A stretch of 64,000 nucleotides of DNA from Rotaria socialis (taxonomy: Eukaryota). The first letter of the stretch is position 1; every line of letters begins with the position of its first letter. The translations under genes and the position numbers were made by a program. The stretch lies in contig CAJNYD010000056.1 in NCBI GenBank assembly GCA_905331295.1, positions 124,001 to 188,000 on the forward strand, written 5' to 3'. Shown here piece after piece: positions 1 to 12,641 of the stretch. The notes beneath the pieces were generated by a model. It had not been told where the DNA came from. It searched no databases and saw only the letters and a list, made by a program, of their open reading frames with translations.

Positions 1-91
1 GAAACTGGATTTCTCTTGTTCGTGTGTTCAAAATTCATATCCACTCGATTATTTTTTGAAAAACGATACTTCTTGAAAGAATATACCTACT

Positions 92-290
92 GTGTTGATA
101 TTGATGGCATGCTTCGATGATTCTCCTTCCTCTTCTTTCTGTTCTCTTTCCATTGTTCGAATATCTCTCTCTCTCCTGTCTCTCTCCTATCTCTCTCGTA
201 TATATACGTGTATTATGTATGAAGTTGTTACATTTGGGATACGTGAAGAGGACAATAAACGTCATTGCCTAGAGTGGCGGTAAGCTACTC
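92..290. repeat. Dispersed repeat copy, inverted relative to 1934-2200
   Basis: gatattgatggcatgcttcgatgattctccttcc...gagtggcggtaagctactc is the reverse complement, with mismatches and indels, of 1934-2183. ORFs 92..283(+) and 1982..2197(-) share the spurious peptide ILMAxFDDSPSxSFCSLS. Confidence 0.8.
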
Positions 291-353
291 CGTCTTTATC
301 CAGTTTCTCTTAATACATCAACTAGCAAGAGTCCTATTTATCGTTACACCTAT

Positions 354-720
354 CACGTAAAAAATGAATGCAACTCGCATTTTTAGTCTACAACAAAGAG
401 TCAATGGTCAGAAGAAGTTTTCTTGGATATATATGAATATTACAAGAATAGACATTTATAATACAAAAGAAATCTAATATGAAGATACAGACTCTTTATA
501 TACTTTTTGAGTCTTTTTAATAAATGTTTGAATAACACTTAATGCTAAACCGTTTAAAACTTCATCGACAGCATTTCCTAGTTCACACTGTGATTTAGGA
601 TTTTTGTTTGTATTATAAATGTCTATTCTTGTAATATTCATATATATCCAAGAGAACTTCTTTTGATCATTAACTCTGTGCTTTAGATCAAAAATACGAT
701 TTGCATTAGTTTTTTCCGTG
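354..720. mobile_element. MITE/foldback element with ~115 bp inverted arms
   Basis: tcttggatatatatgaatattacaagaatagacatttataataca (421-464) recurs as its reverse complement at ~609-653. Similarity extends to both ends. Confidence 0.8.
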
Positions 721-770
721 GTAGTAAGATTGTGCTACTTTTGATGGAGTGAAATCGTGATTTCACACGT

Positions 771-1590
771 AAGTGAAATTAGTACCGTGTTTGAGTAAAA
801 CTTATCGATACTCTTGTGAGCTGATGTTCCAACGCGCATGCGCATGTTCCTAGTGAAATTTCATATGTTCTATCAAATGGTAATTTGAATTAACTAGATC
901 TCGAAGCGTTCTCCTACAATTTCGAAAAATCCAAAGAAATCCTGGAATTCCTTTTGTTGAATCTGTTAATATTCATTCAAAGAAATATTTCAACTCTCAC
1001 ACTCGTGTATCAAACAGATCTCAACAAATTTCATCGAATTGTAAAATCAGATTTTTCGTCTCCATGATAATGGTCCCAAAATCTCACAATACTGTATTTT
1101 TCTATGAAATTTTAACACCATATTCGATTAAAAGTTGGCATATTCGTTAAAGGCCTTGCTATAAGCGTTCCGCTCATGATATAAACACAGATCACGGAGA
1201 TCTATTTAATGATGTCCGCAGATTTTTCATAGCTCATAGTAGGATTTTTTTAGGTTTCTTTAGCATTATTCTATCATTGCTGAAATTTGATTTCAAGCTG
1301 CGGAAAATATGCGAATTTCACTGGATAGAATTCGTCGAGTTCCATTTGGAACATATAGGTACGAGAGTCGAACATTGGTCGAAGTGAATATGACCATATT
1401 TTACAAAAAAAGGATACCAGGATTTTTTGGATTTTTCAAAATTTCCGGAGTATGGTTCGAGATCTCGTTAATCGAAATATACTACTCGATAGGGTATACG
1501 AAGTTCTAGTAGTAATATGACTATGAACTTTGAAAAATCAGCTCAAATGAGTATCGACAGGTTTTACTCGAATACGATGATAACTTCACC
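771..1590. mobile_element. Old MITE with ~280 bp diverged inverted arms
   Basis: gagtaaaacttatcgatactc...gagctgat...agatctcgaa...gaaaaatccaaagaaatcctgg pairs with ccaggattttttggatttttc...ttcgagatct...atcagctc...gagtatcgacaggttttactc. Confidence 0.7.
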
Positions 1591-1679
1591 TAAACGATGG
1601 TCACTTAATACTTCTCACTGAGATAGCTTGAGTAAACTATAATCTAAAAAATGCAACTATACTTTAAGCGAACAGCTAG

Positions 1680-2247
1680 TCATCGTAAACGACCGTTTAC
1701 GAAAGTATACGATAGAAAAACGGCAAACGTTTCCTGAATCATTTACGATCATCGGTTCCGACCGTTTACTGTGATACCCGACAGTCGTTTACAGTTAGCG
1801 TTTAGCTACGACGGCCGTTTACGGAGATTTTTCACGATTCTCATTTACGACTACCGTATTTCATCGTAACATCCCGTTTACGATAACAGTAAATGACTAT
1901 AAAATACGGCCGCCTGTAACAAACAACTGGATTAGAGTAGCTTGCGCCACTCGACAAAGATGTTTGTTAGGCTACTTCAAGTTATTCAAAGTGCAACGAC
2001 AAAACTAGAGTGTCGCCTATGTCCATCGGCATGATGGTGTATTGTGTCATCTGACATCTCCAGAGTGTAACAAATTCATGCATAACGCACGTATATATAG
2101 GAGAGAGATACATTAGAACAAGGGAAAGAGAACAGAAAGAGAAGGAAGGAGAATCATCGAAGCGTGCCATCAATATCGGCACACCGCCGTTTTTCACTGT
2201 GAGTGATAGGTATACGGCTGTTTACGACTCAGGATAATCGACCTGGG
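1680..2247. mobile_element. CGTAAACG/CGTTTACG-rich non-autonomous element ending TCGACCTGGG, interrupted by the 1934-2200 repeat
   Basis: Many cgtttacg motifs at 1680-1915, resuming at ~2215-2247. The terminus tcgacctggg is identical to that of the 44101-44394 element. Confidence 0.55.
1934..2200. mobile_element. Fragment of a CACAGTGAAAA-ended DNA element (inverted copy of 92-290)
   Basis: Ends ggcacaccgccgtttttcactgtg. Its reverse complement resembles the left end of the 8612-9153 element (tgaagacaacggtgtgcc). Confidence 0.6.
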
Positions 2248-2663
2248 TGTGTAAGCGAAAAAGCAGTACCTAAGCGCCTTCGTGGATATAACACGTTTTG
2301 CTCTCAACCATCTTAGCTTCCTCAAGGATTTCTGAATGTTTTTTATACGCCTATCTACTGTTGGTTTCAAGGATTGAATGACTTCCGTCGCCTCTGAGTT
2401 ATAGCAATCATTTTTCGTTGTTGATGTTCCAAGATTTTTAGAATAGTTTGCTCTAATATTAATCTTTCGTTGAATTCTAATAAAATCTAATCAGATGTCA
2501 CTCTATGTCAATCTCGTCATGTCGCTGTTGTATTTCATGAAGAGAGGACATAGCTTAGTTTATGAATGAGAACGAAATCAATATGGTTTCTAATTAAACA
2601 TAAAAGAAAATAATCTAATCGATTATCGAGGTGTTGTCTATCTCAATTTGTGTATGTTTCTAG

Positions 2664-5600
2664 ATGCAAGCCATTATTCCTGTCGATGTTTACGTTGGAA
2701 ACGAACCATATGAAGGGTCAAAAGTGCTGAAAGATGTTAAAACATCGAATTCTCATGGTCGACAAGCACTTCGAATACGTACACGTGCTATTAACAGTGC
2801 TAAAACAAATAAAACAAAACCCATATCATCACCATTATCGCATATTCCTAAACAAGTTGTTATTCCTAAAGTAGCTGTACCAAATCGTTCTCAAAGTTCA
2901 TCACCAAATCGAGGACCATGGTACAATAAACTGATAAAGTTTTTCAAAAGAAAAACAAACTTGCTTCATACTATTCTTTCTAGGGTTCCAGCACCAGGTC
3001 GTTCAACAAAAGGACAAAAAGTTTCTTTTCAAGTTTGTGATTCATTTATTTTTATTGTTAACTGCGTTATAATTTTTTTTTATCTTAGAATCCAAAATCA
3101 CGTTTAGAAATAAATCCAGTTGCTGAGTTCATTGTAGACGATGAAGACAGTTGGAATACTGAACGTGATAAACACAATACAACCGCAGATTCTCAATCGA
3201 ATACTCTTTCAATAGAAGATAAAGAAAAATTGATGGCAGACATTCAAGTTTATGAAAAGCGTATTCAAAGTGTAATTGACGGCATTGGAATACTCAAAGA
3301 GCTTGTGAGCTAGAAAGAAAATTCCGTTAATTTTTATTTGTCATTATCAAAATAGGTACATAAACGTACTAATCCAGAACAAACTGATCAACTTCGTTCG
3401 GACATAGATTCATCTTTACATGAATTAGAAAGATTTCAACAAAATCACTCTCAACATATTGTCAATCCACGATCAAAACCAACTCGGTCTCGATCGCTAT
3501 CACCAACACATAATAAGAATCGTTCATCGAGTGTTGACCCACAACCACGAAGACGAAGTGTTACACCGAAAGTTTCATTTCAAGATGATCCAATTAATCG
3601 AAGGTCTGGTATTCTTGTTTCTAGTTTTTGTTTTCATTTTAAATACGTTGATTTCCTTTAGACAAAGAGCACGAAGTTCAACTCCTATACGAGGTCCATT
3701 ACATCTTAATCCGGAACGAGAACAATTATTAGCAACATTATCGAATTCAGAAGCCGATATTTCACAAATTACAAAAAAATTATCTTCTGTGACAACTTTA
3801 CTAAAAAAACTTAGATTAGTAAGTCATATTTTTCTAAGAACTCATGTTTGATAAACCACTGTAAGAATTTTCTAATCATTGATAGAAGCAATATCAAACT
3901 ATAGAATATCTCGAGCTACTAATTTTCTATTAATTAAGTTTTGAAAATCCTTCTATTTTTTTAACATTGGAATTAATTAAAAAATAATACTACTCGTTGC
4001 CAAAAAAACATAAAATTCTACTGTTCTTTGTTCTTTTTTCTATATAGAGTAAACAGATTCGAACTTGATTAATTCATTGCCATGTTTTTAATTTATATGG
4101 GTTCTGTTTTCATCTCTTTATTCTTATAATTAAGTTTTAGTAAACTGATATGACTAGCTATTAGCACTCCCGAAAAGTCAAAAATCACTTTGGCTTAATT
4201 TTCACAAAGGGAGGAAGCTTTTGATTTCCTTATTGTCCTTGCTCTTTATCCTTCGAGTGTCCACTACATTACTGTAATAAAAGTTATGGATTATAAAAAT
4301 CTTGAATAGCGTCATGGACAGGAAATAATCTTCATTTCTAATGTAGATTATCAGAAACGAAGATAATTAACTAAGTTTCTCAGAGCTCTATTCGAAATTT
4401 GAATTAAATTAATAAAAGAAAAAGAATCGAATTATTTTACGTAATGTTTAAAAAAAATGAAAATAAAATTATAGAACTAAAGAGAACCTTGAGTTTCTTC
4501 TATTTAATATGTGTTAGTTAGATCCTTGAAAATAGTTGACGCATTTGAAAAGCTTCTACAAATTTCATATTGACGAAATTTTTCCGTTGAGAAATTAATC
4601 ACTTGTGTAAGAAAAACTTCATCGACTTTTCTTCGAATTAAACTAAATGTCTTAAATCATACACTTGACCTAGTAATGAAATAAGCGAAGTAAAGAGTAT
4701 AAAAAAAAGTCATTTTTTTCCTACTTTCAAACCGTTGATTTATATAAATATAAATATATATACATATACATGGCTTCTTCTTTTAAGTTAGTTGAATGAA
4801 GAGAAATTTCTTTTGTACATAAATGCAAGCATCTCCGTGCCTTTAGGACGATCAACCTGTTTCATATGAAGTTGAACAATTGCATCAATATCGCAACGAA
4901 TTATTGCATTTGATTGAACTGTTTCAACATTCAAATAGTAAAGTACAACAATATCTTCGACATCAATTTCATTTAGAAGCTGAACATGGAATCATTTTTG
5001 ATCAATTTGATACATTAAAAACGCATATACATGAACTTGAACATGAAAATGAACAAATAAGACGTTTATTACTTGATAGAGAAAACGACAATATTGCTTT
5101 ACTAGCAGAGCTTGAACGCATAAGATCACATTCAATTGGTTTTGATACAATGAAAACATCATTAGAACAAAATCGTGCTCACCTTCAACGAGAATTATAT
5201 ACAAAAGAAGGAGAAATTCATCGATTACACTGTGCTTTACGAGTAAGATAGATTTCTGTTCAATATTATGATTGTTAGATGAATCGGTTCTTTCATGGAA
5301 CAAAAAATTATGCAATATGACTTTGACTAAGATACAAAACAATCGAAAAATGTACTCAACTAATATTACATCAGAGATTCTTTGCAAATAAAGCTTTATA
5401 TATCAGTTAATCGTGCATCGGTTGCTTTTCGATTTATAGAAATAATGAAAATGTTTTTCGGGGTGAAGTTTCGTACGTTAATTTCGTCAAGACATAAGAA
5501 ATAAAACCATCATTAGACACTACTGTCCACCAGAGAGAGAGAGAGAGAGATGAAGTTATCAAGAAGAACGTAGCACTAAGGATGTTATGTAATAAAGGAC

Positions 5601-7706
5601 ATCATTGTTTACTTCAAGCATTGTAGTTTTGAAAGGCTCAAATCGAGACCATATTGCTTCAAAGAAAATATTAAATTCTATAAGTGTCTATTGATGCTAA
5701 ACATTTGTTTTTCTAAGTAATACTAACTTTTACAAAAATATCGATTGACTTTTCCTAAACGACGTAATGAAGTTTATGATTCAAGGAGGAGGTCACGAGA
5801 ATAAAAATTCTATTTGAAACTTTCAAAATGATTCTAAGACAAAAATATCTATTTAAACATTTGATGAGATGTTGAGCAAACTGGAATATGCGACAACATT
5901 TTTGAAAATTTTCTCAAACAACCTAGATAATATCATTTTTATCGATATTTTATTTCGGAATCCTCCTGGTAATAAACTACGAATACGTCGTAGTTTTCTT
6001 CTTCTAACGTATTTATCTTATTTCTAAATAGGCATTAGAGCGTGATCTACAACGGGGTCGTTGCTCTTCTGACAATGCGAATCGATCTGTCAAACATAAA
6101 TCAATATATTCTTGTCCTTCTCCATCTCGCGTCACAACTAAATCAAAGGCAATAACAATCGAAAGATTACAAGCAGAGCTAAATGATCGCGATGATCTTA
6201 TCAATGAATTGAAAACAAAATTAGATGATAATAGCGATTCAGGAACAGGTGATCTAAAATTAGAAAATATACGTTTGAAAGAAAAACTTGAACAAACTGA
6301 ACAATTGTTAAATGAATGTAGAGCACAATTACATACTCGAACACTTCAAGCATCAGCTCATAATAGTAAAAATCATTTATCGGAAGTTGAATTAGAAAAA
6401 GTTCGTAGCCGATTACAGAAACGTATTGAAGAGCTCGATCCATTACCTGAATTATTGAAACAAGCGGAAGTAGAAAAAGAAAAACTTCAACAAGATATTG
6501 ATGAACTTAGAAAACGTTTACCTCTACAATCTAATTTCTTAGCACAATCTCCTGGTACGGATCAAACTAGACAAACTCGTTTTTCACCCAATGATGATAT
6601 TCGAGCTCTACAACGGTAATCAATATTTTTTCTTTGTCTCTTCTCTGTATTTATTGTATTTCGACTTTTTTTAGGAGAATAGTTTCTTTAGAAGAAGAAA
6701 ATCAAAAACTATCAAAAATGCTTAACGCAAAAGATGAAGAATTACGTAATGCACAAGTAAAATATTGATGGAATTTCTTGTTCATTTAATATAACAACTA
6801 TTTCTATCGACTGAGACTGTTCAAATGAAGAAAAACTAGTAGAATATTATCTATCAATAGCTGACATCAGCTAGCTATTGTCTTCAGACTGAGTGTTGAA
6901 TACAAGTAATCATGTTGAAATGAGAGATATACAAAACTAATTCCGGTTCTGAGACCAAAAAATATGTGGTTCCTCCAAGAGAAAGAAAGTCAGCCTTCCA
7001 TAATCCCCCAAGTACAGTGAAGTAGACCTGAATTATAGTTGTAGTGAAGAAGCATTTAATATGTGAGACAAAGGAATTCTACAAAATTTTCCTTGAAATT
7101 AACGCAAACAATAAAATGGCTGCAATCATTGGGGCCTAGATCAAAATAATGAGGTACTAATCGTCTCTAGTGAAACAGTCAATTCAGTCAACTGATTATT
7201 TTAGTAACATTCATTCAAAATAGGCAATTTAATTAGTTTAAAAATATAATTCGAAATTTCAAAGACGAATGAATCCGATATTATTTAGATTCGTCTAAAT
7301 GCTAAATCATACGAAACAACACCATTGAATAAGCCGAATGATTTAAGAAGACCAGACTTTAAAGTTCGAGACGATACGTATGGTTCAAAGGTACGCATTA
7401 AACATCGGTATTCGTATAATATTAATTTATTTTAATTTTGAATAGAATAATTTTCTGCAAAAAGATACATTTGATCTTGAACAGCAAACTTCGAGACTTC
7501 ACCTTGAACACGCACAATTAAAACGAGAACGAGATGAACTCGAACGACATTTTACATCTCAAATGAATGAATTACGTGAAAAACTAGAACAATCAAATAA
7601 TGCCAATCGATCGATGCAAAATTACATTAATTCATTGAAGACCACCTATGCAACACTTTTTAATGATACAGTACCCACATCTTTAACACGATTTACAACA
7701 ACCTAA
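2664..7706 (+). CDS. ODF2: Outer dense fiber protein 2 / cenexin-like coiled-coil protein, ~10 exons (approx. 2664-2920, 2984-3032, 3090-3304, 3356-3604, 3662-3818, 4848-5243, 6033-6615, 6675-6756, 7291-7390, 7447-7706)
   Basis: Coiled-coil exons with GT-AG boundaries. RLQKRIEELDPLPELLKQAE and the C-terminal FTSQMNELREKLEQSNNANRSMQNYINSLKTTYATLF match the ODF2 signature (LEQSESTNRSMQNYVQFLKSSY). The start codon is uncertain. Confidence 0.8.
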
Positions 7707-8611
7707 AAAATAAACATTAAAAATTTATACCTTTTCTCAGGAAAGTTTGTGTTATGCAAAAATCGATCACTGCATCTTTGTATGTTACTGGTTGAGTTAT
7801 CCATATTATTATTAGTACTTGAATAATAGAATGTAGACATTTCTTTTTTTTTGTGAATCATTGTCATAGAGTAGAAAATTTTATCCATATATGAATATCA
7901 TAACAGTGCTTTTTGAAAAATATATGTGTGTGTGCGTGCGAAGGATACAAAATGTTGCCCATGATCAATATGTGCTCATATTTTCCCAAGACATTGAAGA
8001 ATTCATCTTTAGGATCATTCGATAGACAAATTTTATATTGGGAAAAGATGTTTTAGAAAATAATAATTCTACGTGACATCGTTGCACATGTTTGGATTCA
8101 AAATGTTGGATGAGAATCCTCAAGCAAATCTTTGAAACTATGTCGAAAACAAAATCATATCAAATTTATTGTAGTTCAAATTTTAACGGTTGAATTCAAA
8201 ATATGCATTTTATTTAGTTAATGATTCAAGTTTGTTTGCATTGTTGATTACCCCAGAATCAAAGTCATTCGAGAACTTCACTTGTAGGCGTTAAAATTTA
8301 CTATTTACCATGTAATTTCGAAATCATCTCCTTTGCTTAGTAAGTATTAAAAGACCAGAAAAGAAAATTTTAAGAAAAGTTACATCAAAATGATCGACTT
8401 ACAAGTCGGGACTCAATTTCATAAACTCCATTCTGATCGATTTCAGCAAAAATTTCGAAATGAGCAATCGCCTAGATAAACAAGAACTGTACAAATATAA
8501 CCTCTCATCAAGTCTTTTATAGATTTAGAATACTGACTACTGGCCTCCATAGCTATCTATAAACTTTCCCATGAGAAAAATTCTTACGTACTGGATATAA
8601 ATGATGCTTTA

Positions 8612-9153
8612 TGAAGACAACGGTGTGCCGTAGAAAGACCGAAAGGAAAAATAGAGAAAGGGAAAAATATAGAAAAACTGCACTAAGATGTTTTTATTCT
8701 TGAAATCATAATAGCGTCATAGCATAAATCATAGATAAATAAGAGTTATAAAGAAAAATACACATATCCAGTATTTACTAGTTGTTGTTGTTTTATTCAG
8801 TTTGAAAATATATTTATCTGATTCAAGGAAAGGTTGTCCTTTTTACGACTGAATAAATGAAATAACTGGAGTTGGTGGATGATTCTCACCAGATAAAAAT
8901 GAACAAGCTGTAGTCATCATGATAGAGTTCTAATCGTTGTATACTATTTTACGCCAATTTTAGCTAGTTTTCATAAGATATTACTTATCAATAGTATCAA
9001 TGGTTAACAGTGTCAAACCAATGGAATAATCAGATTAACAATAATGAACAATAAACTATTAGAACCTTCATTTAGTAGAGTCGTCGCTTTTTTCTATCTT
9101 TTCTGTTTTCGACATTTTTCCTTTCGGCCTTTCTACGGCCAACCCCTTTTCAG
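8612..9153. mobile_element. Non-autonomous DNA element with terminal inverted repeats
   Basis: Left gccgtagaaagaccgaaaggaaaaa pairs with right tttttcctttcggcctttctacggc. Confidence 0.65.
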
Positions 9154-9164
9154 TCAATGTTTCG

Positions 9165-9515
9165 TTAGAAAACCACGATTTAGTTTAAAACTAATATCAG
9201 ATTCAGAATCAGCGTTAAAAACTGAGTTGATTTATATATGTTGCGGATAATTCTGAGAAAAAAAGTTTTTTTTTTTAAATCCCTGTACTCCCCCTCAGGG
9301 ATGGTCTGGTCAATAATGACAATTTTTTTAGATAACTCAACCATTTCTTGACGGATCCTTTTCATCTTCGAACTCGACTGAGACATTGATGAGGCGCTGA
9401 ACTGTGTAGAAAATTTCATCATGATCTAACTCTCCTTTCGAAAGTTATCGTGTAAACGGACGGCCGGACACACTGACCGATTCTAGAGTGTACTCACTTT
9501 TTGAGTGCACTAAAA
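9165..9515. mobile_element. Helentron/DINE-1-like (HINE) non-autonomous element; second copy at 63246-63493
   Basis: About 250 bp is near-identical to 63246-63493. It has a short cggac repeat, then the terminal hairpin gtgtactcactttttgagtgcac followed by A residues. Confidence 0.65.
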
Positions 9516-9563
9516 GAACATTCCTGAAATAAAATAATTTTCTATATTATATTTTCATTCTAG

Positions 9564-10036
9564 TTCAGTCGTCACAACTATTGCCAACTATACATTTTCT
9601 TTCACTAATTGATTGTAGTCAAACATTAACTAAAGTAGCCCAAACTGTTTGTCAACAAGTGATAGAAAATCAATTAAATTGTGATGCCATTCAAACGGAT
9701 ACAATCGATCGTTGCTATACAAGTAAAAAATTAAAATAAATTTTCTTCGGATTTATTTTTTGTTCGAACTCATTTATAGAATTATCAACTATTCCAGAAA
9801 TCAATTTAGCCTTAATCATCGGACCAATCAAAAGTGCACTTGGATTACATCCATGGTTAACACGATTAACAGAATTCATGTAAAACCATGACCTTAGATT
9901 TTCATTTGCTTTGGATTAATTATGATCTTTGTTTTTATTTAGAATGATTGATTCATATAAACAAATGCAAACAACTAATTCCTATATTAACATTGTTCAA
10001 CGTTACAATCAAATCGAACAAAGACAAGGCCGATAA
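9564..10036 (+). CDS. NUS1: NUS1/NgBR cis-prenyltransferase subunit, 3' three exons only (9564-9722, 9780-9879, 9943-10036)
   Basis: Spliced translation ...IPEINLALIIGPIKSALGLHPWLTRLTEFI...RYNQIEQRQGR* matches the NgBR C-terminus (GPVDSTLGFLPWHIRLTEI...EQRLGK), including the RxG tail. Exon phases are consistent. 5' exons were not found. Confidence 0.8.
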
Positions 10037-10300
10037 TAGTTCGTTTTTACATCACTAAATTGTCATCAAACATAATGATAAAATAAGCGGTAGTCTTAAT
10101 TGATTTTTTTTGCCAATTCAATATGTTATATCTTGTTTTTGTGTCTTTTTATGATTGACTAAGGGTTATTGTTATACTTTGATTTTTTGATTTTTTTCTT
10201 GGGAATTCATATGACTCCATGAGCACGTGTTTTGTTATTCTGGAAAGGAAAAAGAAAAGAATATATAAAGCATAACATTTATCCATGACATTATTTATAG

Positions 10301-11249
10301 ATGAATACTGATCTAACACATCCGGAACTTTTAACTATCGAACAACTACAAAATCATTTGAAAAAAGTAAAGAAAAAGCTATAGACAAAATAATATGGTT
10401 TCTACGAAAAACATTCAAAACTAATTTTTGTTTTTGAAAATATTTACATTAGCATATTGGATCTAATATAACAAATGATAAATATGAATTGATTCAATTG
10501 TTCTATAAATATATTGTACCATTACCACAAAGAAAATTTCGTGCAAATCGTTTGGGAACAATACTTACAAACAGTCAAAGGCAATGTCAAGGGAAAAAAC
10601 GATCGTTATCCACTGATTTACAGTGAGTAGAAAGAAACGCTATTCGAATACGATATGATGCCTAGAGTGCATAGGCATAAAAAGTGATGATAGTATTGAA
10701 TGCCCTAACATATGTTGCACGTACATATGTGCAAGATGGATCCGGTGCCGGCGGGAAACGGAGTCGGAACAACTTTTTTTCAAGTCTGACCGGAACCGGG
10801 ACTAAACAGATGACTGATTCGGATTGTGTCTAGTCGATTGGAAGTAAAAGCAATATAAAAATCGGCTATTCTAACATGTTATCTTTTCTATGTGATGAAT
10901 TAACACATTTATAGAGAAAAGCAAACATTGATTATTGTTTAAACCGAACAAAAGAAAAAGAAAAATCTGTATATTTCAAAGGGACATTGAGAAAGCGAGC
11001 GAATCGGAATTACCTCCAAAAGAGTCTTACGGTGAAAGACATGAATCGGATCGTGGTATTTATACCATAAAAATGCAAAAAACATCAAATAAGAATACAA
11101 CTCCGATTAAAATAAAACGACCTGCAGCTCCTACGACAACGGTAAGCGCCGTTGAACTTTTCATTTTATGACTAACGTTTATTGATCGTATTTAGACCGA
11201 TGATCATGAAATGAATAAACGCATCAAATTAGATGAAACAAATGCATGA
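10301..11249 (+). CDS. C2orf49: Ashwin (C2orf49)-like protein, 4 exons (10301-10366, 10453-10622, ~10982-11141, 11195-11249)
   Basis: MNTDLTHPELLTIEQL...LIQLFYKYIVPLPQRKFRANRLG carries the Ashwin motifs LHPELL and PLPQRxxxxNRxG, with a basic C-terminus. Confidence 0.8.
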
Positions 11250-12446
11250 CGAATCGTCATGCAACTTCAATAATTCATCATGCCACTTGTTTTTTTTAGC
11301 ATTTTGTCTTTAAAAAATATGTAAAAACTTATATATTAAACGATAGAAAATTGTTTCAAGACATTCTTCCCTAGTTATGCAACATTGGATGATTGTTTTT
11401 GTTTGTCTTCATGAAAGTATTGTGAAGTATTTCTACGTGCAATAAAAAACTGCCTTTTTTTTTGTTCAAAGAATTCTTGAGTTACATAAGAATACTCTTA
11501 AGAATCATATCAAACAAGCCTTAAAGCCTTCAAAGCATGCATTTGCCGATTAATACTAGTCGAATGCATAATCGAAATAAAGAAAATAAACTGTTCGATA
11601 ACTAAGAAAACAGTTGACTTGAACAATGTACTTTGAGAGATTACGATTCACATTAGTTTCGTTTACCTTTCATATCAAATTATGATCTAGGCGAAAGGAT
11701 ATAACACGATAAGACATTACCACGAACAAATATCAACTGCACAGAGACGCAGTGATCAAGTTGAAGAATTTCTATGAGAAGAATTAATTTGACCGAAGTT
11801 CTGTTCTTTTTCAATAGAAACTTTACTCATAAAAATTCAACTAGCTTTGAAATCCAACTCAAAACGTTTTTTGAAAGTTACTGTGCAAAATCCTAGTTGT
11901 ACGGTCGTCTGCAAATGTTTCGACTAGTTATGAAAGTTATTTTAAACGTATATTATTGCCATTCAAAACACGAGATCAAGGAGAACAGACACTTTCATTG
12001 ACGATTATAAAAACATCAAAATATATCATATCATTGTAACATGATCGCGTGACATTCAACTTTGTGATGTTGTTATTTATTATGAAAAGAGCTAGATTGT
12101 ATGTTATACTGTCTCGCCGATTGAGACAGTCTTTCGATGCAATCAATAATTATAGTAGCTATTTTTACCTGTGCTCCTTCGTATACATAATGATTTAATA
12201 ACTGTCATTCAACGATACGAGCTTTCGCGACGTATAATTTGAATGTGGTAAGATGATTTGTTTGTTGCAAATTTCATATCTCATTGGCCATATTTTGATC
12301 AAAATTAAAGATACTAGATGGGTTGAATGAATTTATTTCTCAGCTAAATACATGTGACTTTTCTCTCATTTTCAACCAGGCTTAATGATAATCACAATGA
12401 ATAAGTACGCAGAGAGCAACAGAGAGAAAAAGCACATGTGCAATGA

Positions 12447-12641
12447 ATGAACGTAGATTTGTCACCGATGATAACATTTATGCTTGAAGACTGTTGTGAT
12501 CAATATCTAAGACATTTAGAAAATTCATCTGACTTTATCGAATCATATGACAATTTAATTGACGATTTGATGATAATAGATATAAATGATTTATTAATCG
12601 AAATTTCTTTCCTTTCAACTCGATATAGATCGTACAAATAA
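12447..12641 (+). CDS. Possible small acidic orphan protein (64 aa)
   Basis: ATG-to-stop ORF with protein-like acidic composition and an AATAAA-like signal just downstream. No recognisable domain. Confidence 0.3.
   Translation: MNVDLSPMITFMLEDCCDQYLRHLENSSDFIESYDNLIDDLMIIDINDLLIEISFLSTRYRSYK

Noticed and set aside
1680..1915. Recurrent CGTTTACG motifs resembling a CRISPR-like array
   Set aside because: Motifs are short and irregularly spaced, no cas genes are present, the context is eukaryotic, and a transposon terminus follows.
4992..6443. Minus-strand ORFs of 131, 63 and 80 aa
   Set aside because: Antisense shadows of ODF2 exons.
7703..7888. Minus-strand 61 aa ORF with an apparent GT-AG pair overlapping the ODF2 end
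   Set aside because: The implied intron is under 30 bp, far below the local norm, and the peptide has no recognisable motif.
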